From NCBI GenBank assembly GCA_012514745.1, contig JAAYZR010000010.1:1401-65400 (forward strand): DNA of 64,000 nt, in the 5' to 3' direction. A program made the position numbers and the translations under genes. The notes under the pieces were generated by a model. It was not told the origin of the DNA. It saw only the letters and a list, made by a program, of their open reading frames with translations, and did no database searches. Positions 22,742 to 32,186 of this stretch are shown in pieces. This DNA comes from Candidatus Undivivens industriae. GTDB lineage: Bacteria; Omnitrophota; Gorgyraeia; Gygaellales; Profunditerraquicolaceae. Numbering within the stretch: position 1 is the first letter of the stretch; each line of letters begins with the position of its first letter.

Positions 22742-23843
22742 TTTTCTTCCCGCGGCATTTGTGTTTCGCTGCCGAATCTACGAAAGAAGCGAAGAGATAG
22801 GCGGCGTCGTGCGGCCCAGGAGACGCCTCCGGATGGAACTGGACTGAAAAAACAGGCAGTTTCCTGTGTTTCATCCCCTCATGCGTATCATCGTTGAGAT
22901 TTATATGAGTGACCTGCAACTCTTTTTCGTTCAACGATTTCATATCCAAACAAAATCCGTGATTCTGCACGGTAATAGCCACTCTACCGCTGTTCAAATC
23001 CTTTACCGGATGATTAGCTCCGTGATGCCCGAATTTTAATTTATAAGTCCTGCCGCCGAAAGCCAGACCGAGCATCTGGTTGCCGAGACAGATGCCGAAC
23101 ATTGGAATACCGGAAGAGGCCAGTTCCTTGACCGTGTCTATAACGTAAGTCACAGCCGCGGGATCGCCCGGACCGTTGGAAAGCATAATGCCGTCCGGTT
23201 TCCAGGACAGTATATCCGAGGCGGAGGTAACGGCGGGAAAAACCCTGACCCGGCAGCCGAGCCCGGCAAGGATACGCATGATGTTGTATTTCACTCCGCA
23301 GTCCAGGACAGCCACTTTATATTTACCATTGTCGTTCCAATCATAGGCTTGCCGGCAGGAGACATCCTTTACAAGATCGATGCCCACAAGGCCGCTCCAG
23401 GAACGCGCCTTTTCCAGCAGCGCCGTCACGTCGTCGCATACTGCCCCGGCGGCGATAACGGCTTTAAGCGCTCCGGCTTCCCGTATGCGCAGCGTAAGCG
23501 CGCGGGTATCCACTCCCTCTACCGCGGGTATGCCGTGCGCGCAAAGATAATCCGGCAACGAACTCTTAGACCTCCAGTTGCTGGCAATCCGGCTGCATTC
23601 TTTAACCACGAACCCTTCCACGAAAGGCCGGCCGGATTCCGCGTCTTCTTCATTGATGCCGTAATTGCCTATCAAAGGGTAGGTCATGGCCACTATCTGC
23701 CCCTTATAGGAAGGGTCGGTGATTATCTCCTGATACCCGGACATGCTGGTATTGAAGACGATCTCCCCGCAGCGGACCCCCTGCGCCCCGAATGATCTCC
23801 CCCGGAATACGCTGCCGTCTTCCAGGACCAAAGCAGCCTGCAT
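22734..23843 (-). CDS. carA: Carbamoyl-phosphate synthase small subunit
   Basis: [27 protein letters not shown] and [10 protein letters not shown] motifs; GAGG RBS before ATG 23843. Confidence 0.97.
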
Positions 23844-23845
23844 GT

Positions 23846-25450
23846 TTACCTCTTTATTTTTAGAGCGCACCTGATAAAATCGCGGAATATCGGATGGGCC
23901 TTGTCGGGCTTGGACTTGAATTCAGGATGGAACTGCACCGCCATGAAGAACGGATGGCCGGGCAACTCCACGATCTCGACAAGATTCTTTTTCGGGTAAA
24001 TACCGGAGAAGACCATACCTTTCTTCTCCATCAAACGGCGGTATTTATTGTTGAATTCGTATCGATGCCGGTGCCGCTCTTCTATCAGCCTTTTTCTGTA
24101 ACAGCACTGCGCCCGGGTATTAGGCGATATCTGGCAGGGATAAGCGCCCAGGCGCATGGTACCGCCCATATCCTCCACATCTTCCTGTTCCTTTAAAAGG
24201 CTGATTACCGGATCCCGGGTATCGGGGGCGAACTCGCTGGAATCAGCGCCCTTGAGACCGCAGATATTCCTGGCGAATTCGATGACCGCGCATTGCATCC
24301 CAAGGCAGATGCCGAAGAACGGGACGCGCTTGGTCCTGGCATATTCGACGCTCTTTATCTTCCCTTCAATGCCGCGGGATCCGAACCCGCCCGGCACCAG
24401 GATACCGCAGACATTACGCAGATAATGTTCCGCCCCTTCTTTATCAATATCCTCGGAATCTATCTTTTCCACTTCCACTCTGCAGTCGTTCGCGATACCG
24501 GCGTGCGCCAAAGCCTCGTAAATAGACTTATAGGCGTCCTGCAGGCCGATATATTTGCCGACTACGGCGATCCTGGTCTTGTGGCGCGGGGAAACAGCCT
24601 TCTCCACCACGCTTTTCTCCCAATTCTTCAGGGTGGAAGGCCTGGCTCTAATGCCGAAATGTTTCAGTATGAGCCTGTCAAGAGACTGGTCCTTGAATAT
24701 CAAAGGAAGCTGATAGATCGAATCCACATCCTTGGCTTCGATAACCGCCTCCTGCGGCACGCTGCAGAAAAGCGATATCTTCTCTTTCAATTCCATCGAG
24801 AGGCTTTTTTCGCTGCGGCAGATGAGGATGTCCGGCTGTATTCCTATCTCGCGCAGGGTGCCGACACTGTGCTGAGTAGGCTTTGTCTTCATCTCTCCGG
24901 CGACCTTTATATAAGGGACCAGGGTGAGATGGGCGTAAAGAACGTTATTCTGTCCGGCGTCCAGCCTGAACTGGCGCACAGCTTCCAGGAAAGGAAGGCT
25001 CTCGATGTCTCCGACCGTGCCGCCGATCTCCACCAGCACCACCTGCGCCCTGGAGACGGCCGCCACTTTCTTGATGCGGTCTTTTATCTCGTTGGTAATG
25101 TGAGGAATGACCTGGATGGTCCTGCCGAGGTAATCTCCCTTGCGTTCGCGCGAGATCACGGCGTGATATACCTGGCCGGTGGTAACGTTGTTGAATTTGC
25201 CGGTCCTGGCGGAAGTGAAGCGTTCGTAATGCCCGAGATCGAGGTCGGTCTCGGCGCCGTCGTCGGTCACGTACACTTCACCGTGCTGGTAAGGGTTCAT
25301 CGTGCCGGGGTCGACGTTGAGATAGGGGTCGAACTTCATCAAGGCGACACGCAGACCCTGAGATTCCAGTATCTTGCCTATGGAAGCGGCAGCAATCCCC
25401 TTGCCGAGGCTGGAAATAACGCCGCCGGTGATGAATATGTATTTACACAT
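23846..25450 (-). CDS. pyrG: CTP synthase
   Basis: [39 protein letters not shown] and QFHPEF motifs. Confidence 0.98.
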   Translation of the reverse strand: MCKYIFITGGVISSLGKGIAAASIGKILESQGLRVALMKFDPYLNVDPGTMNPYQHGEVYVTDDGAETDLDLGHYERFTSARTGKFNNVTTGQVYHAVISRERKGDYLGRTIQVIPHITNEIKDRIKKVAAVSRAQVVLVEIGGTVGDIESLPFLEAVRQFRLDAGQNNVLYAHLTLVPYIKVAGEMKTKPTQHSVGTLREIGIQPDILICRSEKSLSMELKEKISLFCSVPQEAVIEAKDVDSIYQLPLIFKDQSLDRLILKHFGIRARPSTLKNWEKSVVEKAVSPRHKTRIAVVGKYIGLQDAYKSIYEALAHAGIANDCRVEVEKIDSEDIDKEGAEHYLRNVCGILVPGGFGSRGIEGKIKSVEYARTKRVPFFGICLGMQCAVIEFARNICGLKGADSSEFAPDTRDPVISLLKEQEDVEDMGGTMRLGAYPCQISPNTRAQCCYRKRLIEERHRHRYEFNNKYRRLMEKKGMVFSGIYPKKNLVEIVELPGHPFFMAVQFHPEFKSKPDKAHPIFRDFIRCALKIKR

Positions 25451-25458
25451 GGTTGTTT

Positions 25459-25536
25459 AAAAAAAAGCGTTTCTGAACCGATAGTCCTCCGGTCCACAAA
25501 CGCCATTGTTTCAGATATAGTCAATTCCCGTTGAAC
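25459..25536 (-). promoter_or_regulatory. pyrG leader: terminator overlapped by ANTAR-like hairpins
   Basis: GTTC-AACGG-GAAT, a 12-nt spacer, then AAAC-AATGGC-GTTT. The 3' side of the second hairpin is the 5' arm of GCGTTTGTGGACCG...CGGTTCAGAAACGC-T8. Confidence 0.6.
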
Positions 25537-25546
25537 CATTGGCTTT

Positions 25547-25574
25547 AATATAGCACATACCGGAAGTATGTCAA
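25547..25574 (-). promoter_or_regulatory. Putative pyrG-carAB promoter
   Basis: TTGACA-16 nt-TATATT with TGn. Confidence 0.7.
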
Positions 25575-25627
25575 ACAGATTATTTCCCCTATTATTTTTC
25601 CAGTTTTCCTCCGTTGGGTGAATGAAT

Positions 25628-25665
25628 AAAAAACAGGCGCCCGGCTGATATCAGCGGGGCGCCTG
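25628..25665 (-). terminator. Intrinsic terminator after the glutamate synthase-family gene
   Basis: CAGGCGCCCCGCTGA-TA-TCAGCCGGGCGCCTG followed by TTTTTT. Confidence 0.85.
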
Positions 25666-25688
25666 CCTCATCCCAACGCCAAACGGTA

Positions 25689-27281
25689 CTATTTACCGAA
25701 CAACACTTTTTCCGCCTCTTTACGGCAGGCGTCCATTACATACGGGATACCGCAGACATTCTCTGCTTCCTCGCTCAAAGACATGAGGTCCCTGCGGGAT
25801 ATGCTGCTCAAGCTGAAATTGCGCGAACCTGCCATCAGCTGCTGCAGCCCCACCTTGATGCGCTGGCTAAAAGTATATATCCCGACCGCGCCAAGAGGGA
25901 TGTCCTTCATATCCTTGCCGTATTTCTCTGCGAGCTCCTCATAACAAACGAATATCTCCTCCGGCTTGCTGCCGAACTCGGATACCGTGGGAGGCAAATT
26001 GCCGCCTTTAATCCACTCCTGGATATTTTTTCCCACGAAACCGGGGATCATCAAAGCACGGCCCATGCAGACCGCCTTGACGTACGGCGCGCCCATGGCA
26101 AGCACTTTGAAAACATGATCCTCCATAGCGAACCCTCCGGCGATGGCGATATCGGGAACGCGCATCTTTTTTTTGCTCATCTTCTCGCAGAACTCATAGG
26201 CGAGCGACTGCAGGTAAAAAGTCGGGATACCCCACTCCTGCATCATTTTCCAGGGGCTCATACCGGTGCCGCCGGAAGCTCCGTCTATAGTCAACAAGTC
26301 GATCTTTGCCGCGGAACTGAATTTCAAGGCCTGGGCCAGCTCCACCATCGAGTAAGCCCCGGTCTTCACGGTTATTCTTTTGTAACCCAGGTCGCGCAGG
26401 CGTTTAATCTCCTTCATAAAACCTTCCTCCGAAACGAACCCAAGCCTGGAATGCCGCTCGAATTCCTTGATCGCCCCGGCCTTAAAAGCCTGCTGTATGG
26501 CCGGAACTTCCGGATCGGGAGTCACAATATAGCCTTTTTTCTTAAGTTGTATCGCGCGCTCCGGGGTTTTTATCTTGATCTCTCCGCCGATACACTTGGC
26601 CCCCTGTCCCCATTTAAGCTCGAGCGTCTCCAGCTTGTGCTTTTTTCGCATATACTCGGCGACGCCTAAGCGTGTGTCCTCGACGTTCATCTGCACAAGT
26701 ATCTCTCCGTAACCGTCGTGGAAACGCTTATACAACTCTATACGCCTGTCCATATCCGGGGCGTTCACTATCTTGCCTTTGGCGTCCAACTCCAGCTTGG
26801 GATCTATACCACAGACGTTCTCCCCGCAGACAATGGTGATGCCGGAGATCGCCGCCCCCACCGCGAAATGCTCCCAGTTCTTTCTGGCGATCTCGGTGGA
26901 ACCGAGGGCCCCGGTAAAAACCGGAACGCGCATCTTTACTTTCCGGGTCCATCCGTATTCAGTCGTCGTATCTACAGCCGGAAATATTGCGGTATCCGGG
27001 TTTCCGGAGACTCCTTTAGGAAGGCCGTTTGCTCCCTGAGCGTAACCCTGAATGTTCAGGTGCGAATAATCCACCGGATATTCTTTATCGCCTCCCGCGG
27101 TAATCTCTCCGAAAGGCCCGGGGTAAATTACCTCCCTGCCCCGAAAAGAAGATTTGAACACTTCACAGTTGCCCCGGCAGGAATCAATACAACGTGAACA
27201 GAGGCCGGAACAGCTGACCACGTTTTTGGAACGGTTAAAAGTACGTGTAGCGTCGTTCCCTCCCGCAGTGCTAAGGTTCAT
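25689..27281 (-). CDS. FMN-binding glutamate synthase family protein
   Basis: ELKWGQGAKCIGGE, DGASGGTG, IAGG and MGRA motifs; N-terminal Cys cluster CSGLCSRCIDSCRGNC. Confidence 0.88.
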   Translation of the reverse strand: MNLSTAGGNDATRTFNRSKNVVSCSGLCSRCIDSCRGNCEVFKSSFRGREVIYPGPFGEITAGGDKEYPVDYSHLNIQGYAQGANGLPKGVSGNPDTAIFPAVDTTTEYGWTRKVKMRVPVFTGALGSTEIARKNWEHFAVGAAISGITIVCGENVCGIDPKLELDAKGKIVNAPDMDRRIELYKRFHDGYGEILVQMNVEDTRLGVAEYMRKKHKLETLELKWGQGAKCIGGEIKIKTPERAIQLKKKGYIVTPDPEVPAIQQAFKAGAIKEFERHSRLGFVSEEGFMKEIKRLRDLGYKRITVKTGAYSMVELAQALKFSSAAKIDLLTIDGASGGTGMSPWKMMQEWGIPTFYLQSLAYEFCEKMSKKKMRVPDIAIAGGFAMEDHVFKVLAMGAPYVKAVCMGRALMIPGFVGKNIQEWIKGGNLPPTVSEFGSKPEEIFVCYEELAEKYGKDMKDIPLGAVGIYTFSQRIKVGLQQLMAGSRNFSLSSISRRDLMSLSEEAENVCGIPYVMDACRKEAEKVLFGK

Positions 27282-27385
27282 ATTCTCTTTCCCTTTCTCC
27301 AGCCCGCTGGTTTTACGTATGCCGCGGCCGGCCAGCAGGGCTAAGAAATGTACACCGGCCGCTTATTCTGCAATCGTTTGGGCAT

Positions 27386-27425
27386 AAAAAAAAGACGCCC
27401 GCCTGTATAGCGGACGTCTTTGTCC
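27386..27425 (-). promoter_or_regulatory. Leader terminator with an overlapping ANTAR-like hexaloop hairpin
   Basis: GGAC-AAAGAC-GTCC overlaps AAAGACGTCCGC..GCGGGCGTCTTTTTTTT. Confidence 0.65.
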
Positions 27426-27434
27426 TTAACAATT

Positions 27435-27462
27435 AATATACACCCTTACGGACAATTGTCAA
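27435..27462 (-). promoter_or_regulatory. Putative promoter upstream of the attenuator
   Basis: TTGACA-16 nt-TATATT. Confidence 0.6.
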
Positions 27463-27533
27463 TCAATTCGAAGCGCCACATCCCCGGCCCTGTCCGTGAG
27501 TTTCTTTAACTGTTCCGGAACGGGCTGAACCGG

Positions 27534-28574
27534 TTATCTCCTGGAGAGGATTCCGGCAACGGCGTCAAGCAGGCCGAAAATCCCTGCGGCTTTTTCTTCA
27601 TCCAGACTGCCGAGACCGCAGCTCGGGCTGACGATAAGCCTTTCCCTGACTTTCTCCGCATCCACTCCTTTGCGCCTGAACATCTCCACCCCGGAATCTA
27701 TCTTTTCCAGCAGGGACTCCGGAGTCTCGGCTCCGGTAAATTCCCTGGTAGGCGCGATACCCCAGCAAAGTATCCCCCCTTTATCGAGGAATGCCGAGAT
27801 TTCGGACGCGTAAAGCACAATCCTATCCAGAAAATTGAAGGCGTCGAAGCTGATTATATCCACTCCGGCCGCTTCGGTAAGTATGGACCAGTCGGTATTG
27901 CCGCAGCAATGAACGCCGGTCAACGCTCCATGCGCCTTTATGTCCGAACACAGTTCGCTCATTACTTCCACCGCCTTCTGCCTGGTAACCGGTGTATAGG
28001 CGGAGCCGAAACAACCGAGATACGGCTCATCCACGAAAATAATCGTCTGTTTGCCGAATTCCTTCAGGAAGTCGATCTGCCATTTAGCCTTGCCCGCCAG
28101 GCCTTTGACCACGGCCTGCATCATTATTTCGTTATGCAGAAGGGCGGTCCCTTTTTCATCTGCGACCGACGACGCGAAGGTGAAAGGACCGGTTATATGC
28201 CCCTTGAGGAAGTCCGCGCCTTTGGCGCCGTTCCCGCGCAGCCTGTCGCGGTAGGCATAGATCCCGGGGGCAAAATCAGGGGTAATGGCGAAATAAGCGT
28301 TGTCGCCTGATATCACCTTTTCGTAAAAAACCTCGAGTTCGCTTTCCGGAGCGGAGACGTCCAGATAAACGCTTCCGTCCTTGAGTTTAAGACAAGGGAA
28401 ATTCTGAAAGAACTGCGCCACCATCCCTTCGCATGCCCCTCTCTTGGGAAGCTGCGGCCAGAACGGCGCTCTCGGAGTGCGGCGAAAAACAAGCTCCAGC
28501 GCGGTCTCAGCGTCACGATAAGGCAGACTGCCTATACCGGTAGCCAAACCTTTAAGAACCGCCGCGTCTCTCAT
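27534..28574 (-). CDS. Single-barrel MetE/UROD-superfamily protein (core methionine synthase-like)
   Basis: TGIGSLP, WPQLP, KGHITGPFT, FVDEP, zinc ligands VHCCG and PSCGLG; lacks the MetE N-terminal domain. Confidence 0.75.
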   Translation of the reverse strand: MRDAAVLKGLATGIGSLPYRDAETALELVFRRTPRAPFWPQLPKRGACEGMVAQFFQNFPCLKLKDGSVYLDVSAPESELEVFYEKVISGDNAYFAITPDFAPGIYAYRDRLRGNGAKGADFLKGHITGPFTFASSVADEKGTALLHNEIMMQAVVKGLAGKAKWQIDFLKEFGKQTIIFVDEPYLGCFGSAYTPVTRQKAVEVMSELCSDIKAHGALTGVHCCGNTDWSILTEAAGVDIISFDAFNFLDRIVLYASEISAFLDKGGILCWGIAPTREFTGAETPESLLEKIDSGVEMFRRKGVDAEKVRERLIVSPSCGLGSLDEEKAAGIFGLLDAVAGILSRR

Positions 28575-28807
28575 CTCACCATCCCCCCGCCGAACCCGCG
28601 GAACAAACCGCCGTTTCCTGCGCCTCTGGTCTTTTTGTCCCCGGTCACGCTGCCGCAGACAGCGCATCTGTATTCATAAAGGCAGCCGTCGGGCAATACC
28701 AACAACAGTCTTTCTCTTACGGGAGTGGAACGCCCGCAGGAAGAGCAGAAAAGCCTGCCGGCATTAAGTTCTCGGAATTGTCCTTCCGGTTCGCGGCCGT
28801 TCATCAC
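28571..28807 (-). CDS. Small zinc-ribbon protein
   Basis: CSSC...CAVC cysteine pairs; 4-nt overlaps with both neighbours. Confidence 0.7.
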   Translation of the reverse strand: MMNGREPEGQFRELNAGRLFCSSCGRSTPVRERLLLVLPDGCLYEYRCAVCGSVTGDKKTRGAGNGGLFRGFGGGMVR

Positions 28808-29103
28808 ATCAAACCCGGGATATTCAGGCCCGTGATTTCCTTCATTTTCTGCGCCGCCAGGTCATGGGAATGCTTTATCGCGCGGTTATAAACATCCTTT
28901 AACGCCTTTTCCAGCCTGGCCTTCTCCTCCGCAGGAAGCGTTTCACATCTGACGGTCACCGCCTCCACCTGCTGTGAACCGTTCATGGAAAGACGCACAC
29001 TGCCGTCCTGACTTTCGGTGTCGAACACCGTTTTATCAAGGCTCTCCTTAATTTCCCTGGCCTTCTTCTGCATTTCCATTATGGATTTAAGTTTATCGAA
29101 CAT
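28804..29103 (-). CDS. YbaB/EbfC nucleoid-associated protein
   Basis: MFDKLKSIMEMQKKA..GSVRLSMNGSQ..ITGLNIPGL; AGGAG RBS. Confidence 0.85.
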   Translation of the reverse strand: MFDKLKSIMEMQKKAREIKESLDKTVFDTESQDGSVRLSMNGSQQVEAVTVRCETLPAEEKARLEKALKDVYNRAIKHSHDLAAQKMKEITGLNIPGLM

Positions 29104-29177
29104 TTCTTCTCCTGTGTGAGCGCCTCGGGATTTAACCGGAGAGGCTTGCCTGTTGTTTTCCCTGCGAAACAGCCGGA

Positions 29178-29663
29178 TCATTTACCCGGGGCGGCCGCAA
29201 GCAGCGACTTATACTCCTTGTAAGGGAACTCGTTGGTCTGAAGCAAAATCCTTCCCTCCCGGTCTATCAAAGTGTAGGTAGGCACCCCGATCAGCCGGTA
29301 GGTGTCCGCTACCGTCCCGTAGCCGTCCAGGAAGGAAGGGATGCTTATATGATTACGGCTGAGGAAACGCAAAACTTTCTCTTCGCTTTCCCCCACGTTG
29401 ATGGGAATGACCTCAATCCCTTCCGCCGACATCTTTTCGTACTTATCATTAAGCATCTTCATCTGCCTGACGCAATACGGGCACCAGGTGGTCCAGAAAA
29501 AAAGCAACACCGGCTTTACACCCCGAAAATAACTCATGGTGACCGTCTTGCCGGAAGTAGCAGTCAGGCTGAAATCTGACGCGCTGTCGAAAGCGAAAAG
29601 GCTGCCGGCGCAGAAAAACGATAACACCAGGACAGAGACGGCGAATATTCTTATTATCTTCAT
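29178..29663 (-). CDS. TlpA/ResA-like thiol-disulfide oxidoreductase
   Basis: Signal peptide, FWTTWCPYC, GVPT cis-Pro loop. Confidence 0.9.
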   Translation of the reverse strand: MKIIRIFAVSVLVLSFFCAGSLFAFDSASDFSLTATSGKTVTMSYFRGVKPVLLFFWTTWCPYCVRQMKMLNDKYEKMSAEGIEVIPINVGESEEKVLRFLSRNHISIPSFLDGYGTVADTYRLIGVPTYTLIDREGRILLQTNEFPYKEYKSLLAAAPGK

Positions 29664-29731
29664 ATTCTCCTCTTTTTATGCGCCGCTGTTTATCTCCGGG
29701 AGGATGACAACGGCGGTCATACTGCGACAGC

Positions 29732-30400
29732 TCAATTCAATCCTCTTATTATAAAATACACCCCGCCGGCGCACAACAATAAAGCGCAGGCTTTCTGTAC
29801 AAACTCCAGCCATTTGCCGGACTTGGGCAGCCGGGAAAGGAAATAACCGGATGTCCCGCCGACAATGAACAGCAGGCTCATCCCGTACGAAAAGGTAAGC
29901 AGCAACAGCGCGCCGTACAGCACATTCCTGCGCGAAGCGAGATAGACCAGGATGGAACCGAGCACCGGAGTCACGCACGGACTGATCAGCAGTGCCGATC
30001 CGCAGCCGAGAAAGAAAGCCCCCAAAACCCCGCCGCGTCCTTTGTCCGTTGGGCCCACTCCGATAAACCGCTTTACAGGCAGTTTCAGGAGACCGGACAT
30101 GAACACGCCGAAAATGAATATCAATAGTCCGGAGAGGACCGATATCCATGCGGAAGCGGCTAATCTTGCCACAGCTCTGCCGCCCAGCGAAGCCAGCACG
30201 CCCAGCAGGGAGTAAATGAAAGCGGTCCCGCCGGCGTAGGAGAAACTCAACAGAAAAGCCCTGCGGCGGGAAACACAGGAAGACGCCCCCACATAACCGA
30301 TTATGACCGGCAAAAGCGGATATACGCAAGGAGTAAAACTCCAGAGCACCCCGCCGGCAAAAGCTATGACGAAATCAAACGGCGTCCCCGACAGATTCAT
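29732..30400 (-). CDS. ccdA: CcdA/DsbD-type transmembrane electron transporter
   Basis: FTPCVYPLLP and SPCVTP motifs; about 6 TM segments; adjacent to the TlpA gene. Confidence 0.88.
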   Translation of the reverse strand: MNLSGTPFDFVIAFAGGVLWSFTPCVYPLLPVIIGYVGASSCVSRRRAFLLSFSYAGGTAFIYSLLGVLASLGGRAVARLAASAWISVLSGLLIFIFGVFMSGLLKLPVKRFIGVGPTDKGRGGVLGAFFLGCGSALLISPCVTPVLGSILVYLASRRNVLYGALLLLTFSYGMSLLFIVGGTSGYFLSRLPKSGKWLEFVQKACALLLCAGGVYFIIRGLN

Positions 30401-30695
30401 TTATCCAGGAAAGATATTCTTTCGTCCCGGCGACAACAGGCAAAGCGATGATCTCCGGCACGGAGTAACTGTGGCAGGCTCTGACCTCGCCGGCCAAGCG
30501 CGAAAACAAGGATTTCTTGGTTTTTATGACCAGCAGGCATTCCCGGCAGTTGTTTACGCGCCCCTTCCAGCGGAAGAACGAGGATATCCCGGGGATAACG
30601 TTCGCACAGGCGGCCAGTCTTTTCTGCACCAGGCGGCGGGCTATCTTATCCGACTCTTTCTTACTACAGGCGGTTACGAACACGGTGATATACAT
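30375..30695 (-). CDS. cutA: Divalent-cation tolerance protein CutA
   Basis: RLAACAN, SFFRWKG, HSYSVPEI and YLSWI motifs. Confidence 0.93.
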   Translation of the reverse strand: MYITVFVTACSKKESDKIARRLVQKRLAACANVIPGISSFFRWKGRVNNCRECLLVIKTKKSLFSRLAGEVRACHSYSVPEIIALPVVAGTKEYLSWINESVGDAV

Positions 30696-30707
30696 GGTCC
30701 ATTCCCC

Positions 30708-31196
30708 TCAGGCTGACGGTTCGGCCGCGAGTTTCTTGACCAGTTCGGCGACCCTGCCCCCCAGCCTCAGGCATTCGTCCGCGGCGCGCTCGTCGCAGTT
30801 GCCCACGGCAACCGGGCCGTAATGGTCTCCTTTAGGATCGCCGTGTATGATCATACCATGCACGAGCAGAACATGCAAGATATCCAGGATGGTACTTTCA
30901 TTGCCTCCTGCGAGATTGCCGCTGGAGGCGAACGCGGCCCCGACCTTGCCGTCGAGCCTGCCGTGCAGCTTCACCGACTCGTCCACCAGCTTCTTTATTT
31001 CGGCGGCCATACTCCCGTAATAAACCGGCGACCCTATTATCACGCCGGAATAATCAATCAGTTGATCAACATCCACAAACCCGGCGTCCCGAACGTCCGT
31101 CTCCACGCCGTAGTTACGCGCCCCCTCGGCCACCAGTTCCGCCATACTCCTGGTGGTCCCGCCCCGCGAATGATAAATCACTATTATCTTCTGCAT
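30708..31196 (-). CDS. Flavodoxin-like / WrbA-family NAD(P)H oxidoreductase
   Basis: YHSRGGTT, GSPVYYG, GKVGAAF and GGNEST motifs; GGAGG RBS before ATG 31196. Confidence 0.88.
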   Translation of the reverse strand: MQKIIVIYHSRGGTTRSMAELVAEGARNYGVETDVRDAGFVDVDQLIDYSGVIIGSPVYYGSMAAEIKKLVDESVKLHGRLDGKVGAAFASSGNLAGGNESTILDILHVLLVHGMIIHGDPKGDHYGPVAVGNCDERAADECLRLGGRVAELVKKLAAEPSA

Positions 31197-31198
31197 AC

Positions 31199-31432
31199 TC
31201 ACCTCCCGGATACCGTGGTTTCCTCTATTTTGGCCGACCTTATCCTCCCGTATTGAGAACAAATGTCGAATACCAGTTCCGGATCATCGGTCCCCAGAGA
31301 AACATGCATGCTTGATTCTCCGGGAATACCCGCCTCCCCCTGAAGAGACAACTCTATATCTTCTCCTATACCATCCAGCGCCCGGCGCAGTATATCTTCC
31401 GAGACGCACCCTACCCCAAGTATGAATTTCAT
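31199..31432 (-). CDS. Small hypothetical protein (possible ferredoxin-like/ACT fold)
   Basis: Fills the gap between pgeF and the flavodoxin gene and has a protein-like composition. The start could be 31432 or 31456. Confidence 0.55.
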   Translation of the reverse strand: MKFILGVGCVSEDILRRALDGIGEDIELSLQGEAGIPGESSMHVSLGTDDPELVFDICSQYGRIRSAKIEETTVSGR

Positions 31433-31466
31433 CCTGAACTTCCTTAAAAGGAACATACGCCTCCTG

Positions 31467-32186
31467 CTACGACTGTTTAAGAATAATCACGGAAAGCATC
31501 CTGCCCGCGAGGCCTCCTTCCCTGCGGTAAGAAAAGAAGTCGCTCCCCAGGCACACGGTGCACAAACCATCGCTCCCATGTATATTTTCAGACCTCACGC
31601 CGCAGGCAAGCAACGCCTGTTTATTGAAACCGGAGAGATCGAAAAACGTATCCTCTCCGTCTATAGCAACCGACCCGGGAAAGATCTCCCGGAACTCTCC
31701 CGAGACCCGGTAACAACATTGTCCTATGCAGGGCCCCAGCCATGCCGAGACCGCTTTCGGCCTGGTGCCGAATCTTTCCCGCATCAAGCGCAGGGTATTG
31801 CCGATTATCCCGTCGCGGCTCCCGCGCCACCCGGCGTGGACGGCCGCCGCCGCCGGCGCCGCGGGATCGAAAAGCAATACCGGCAGACAGTCGGCGGTAA
31901 GTATGCCGAGCGGCAGTCCGGGAACGCGGGTAACCAGGGCGTCCGCCCGGGCCACGGAAGTCTCGAAAGACAAAGCCCCTTTGCCGGCGTCGGCGGCTGT
32001 GACCTCCACGGCTCTGCCGCCGTGCACCTGGTCGCAGCAAACCAGACGGCCGGGGACGGCGCCTATCGAAGCAAGAAAATTTCCGCGGTTAACCAGCACG
32101 TCCGCCTTATCTCCGTGCCGAAACGACATATTTATGCGCCCGCGGCCGAAAGCCAGGCCGATCCCGCACAGCTCCTCAGACGTCAT
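31467..32186 (-). CDS. pgeF: Peptidoglycan editing factor PgeF/YfiH
   Basis: QVHG, ADALVT, TADCLP, HAGWRG, GPCI, CT and FFSYRR motifs. Confidence 0.93.
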   Translation of the reverse strand: MTSEELCGIGLAFGRGRINMSFRHGDKADVLVNRGNFLASIGAVPGRLVCCDQVHGGRAVEVTAADAGKGALSFETSVARADALVTRVPGLPLGILTADCLPVLLFDPAAPAAAAVHAGWRGSRDGIIGNTLRLMRERFGTRPKAVSAWLGPCIGQCCYRVSGEFREIFPGSVAIDGEDTFFDLSGFNKQALLACGVRSENIHGSDGLCTVCLGSDFFSYRREGGLAGRMLSVIILKQS

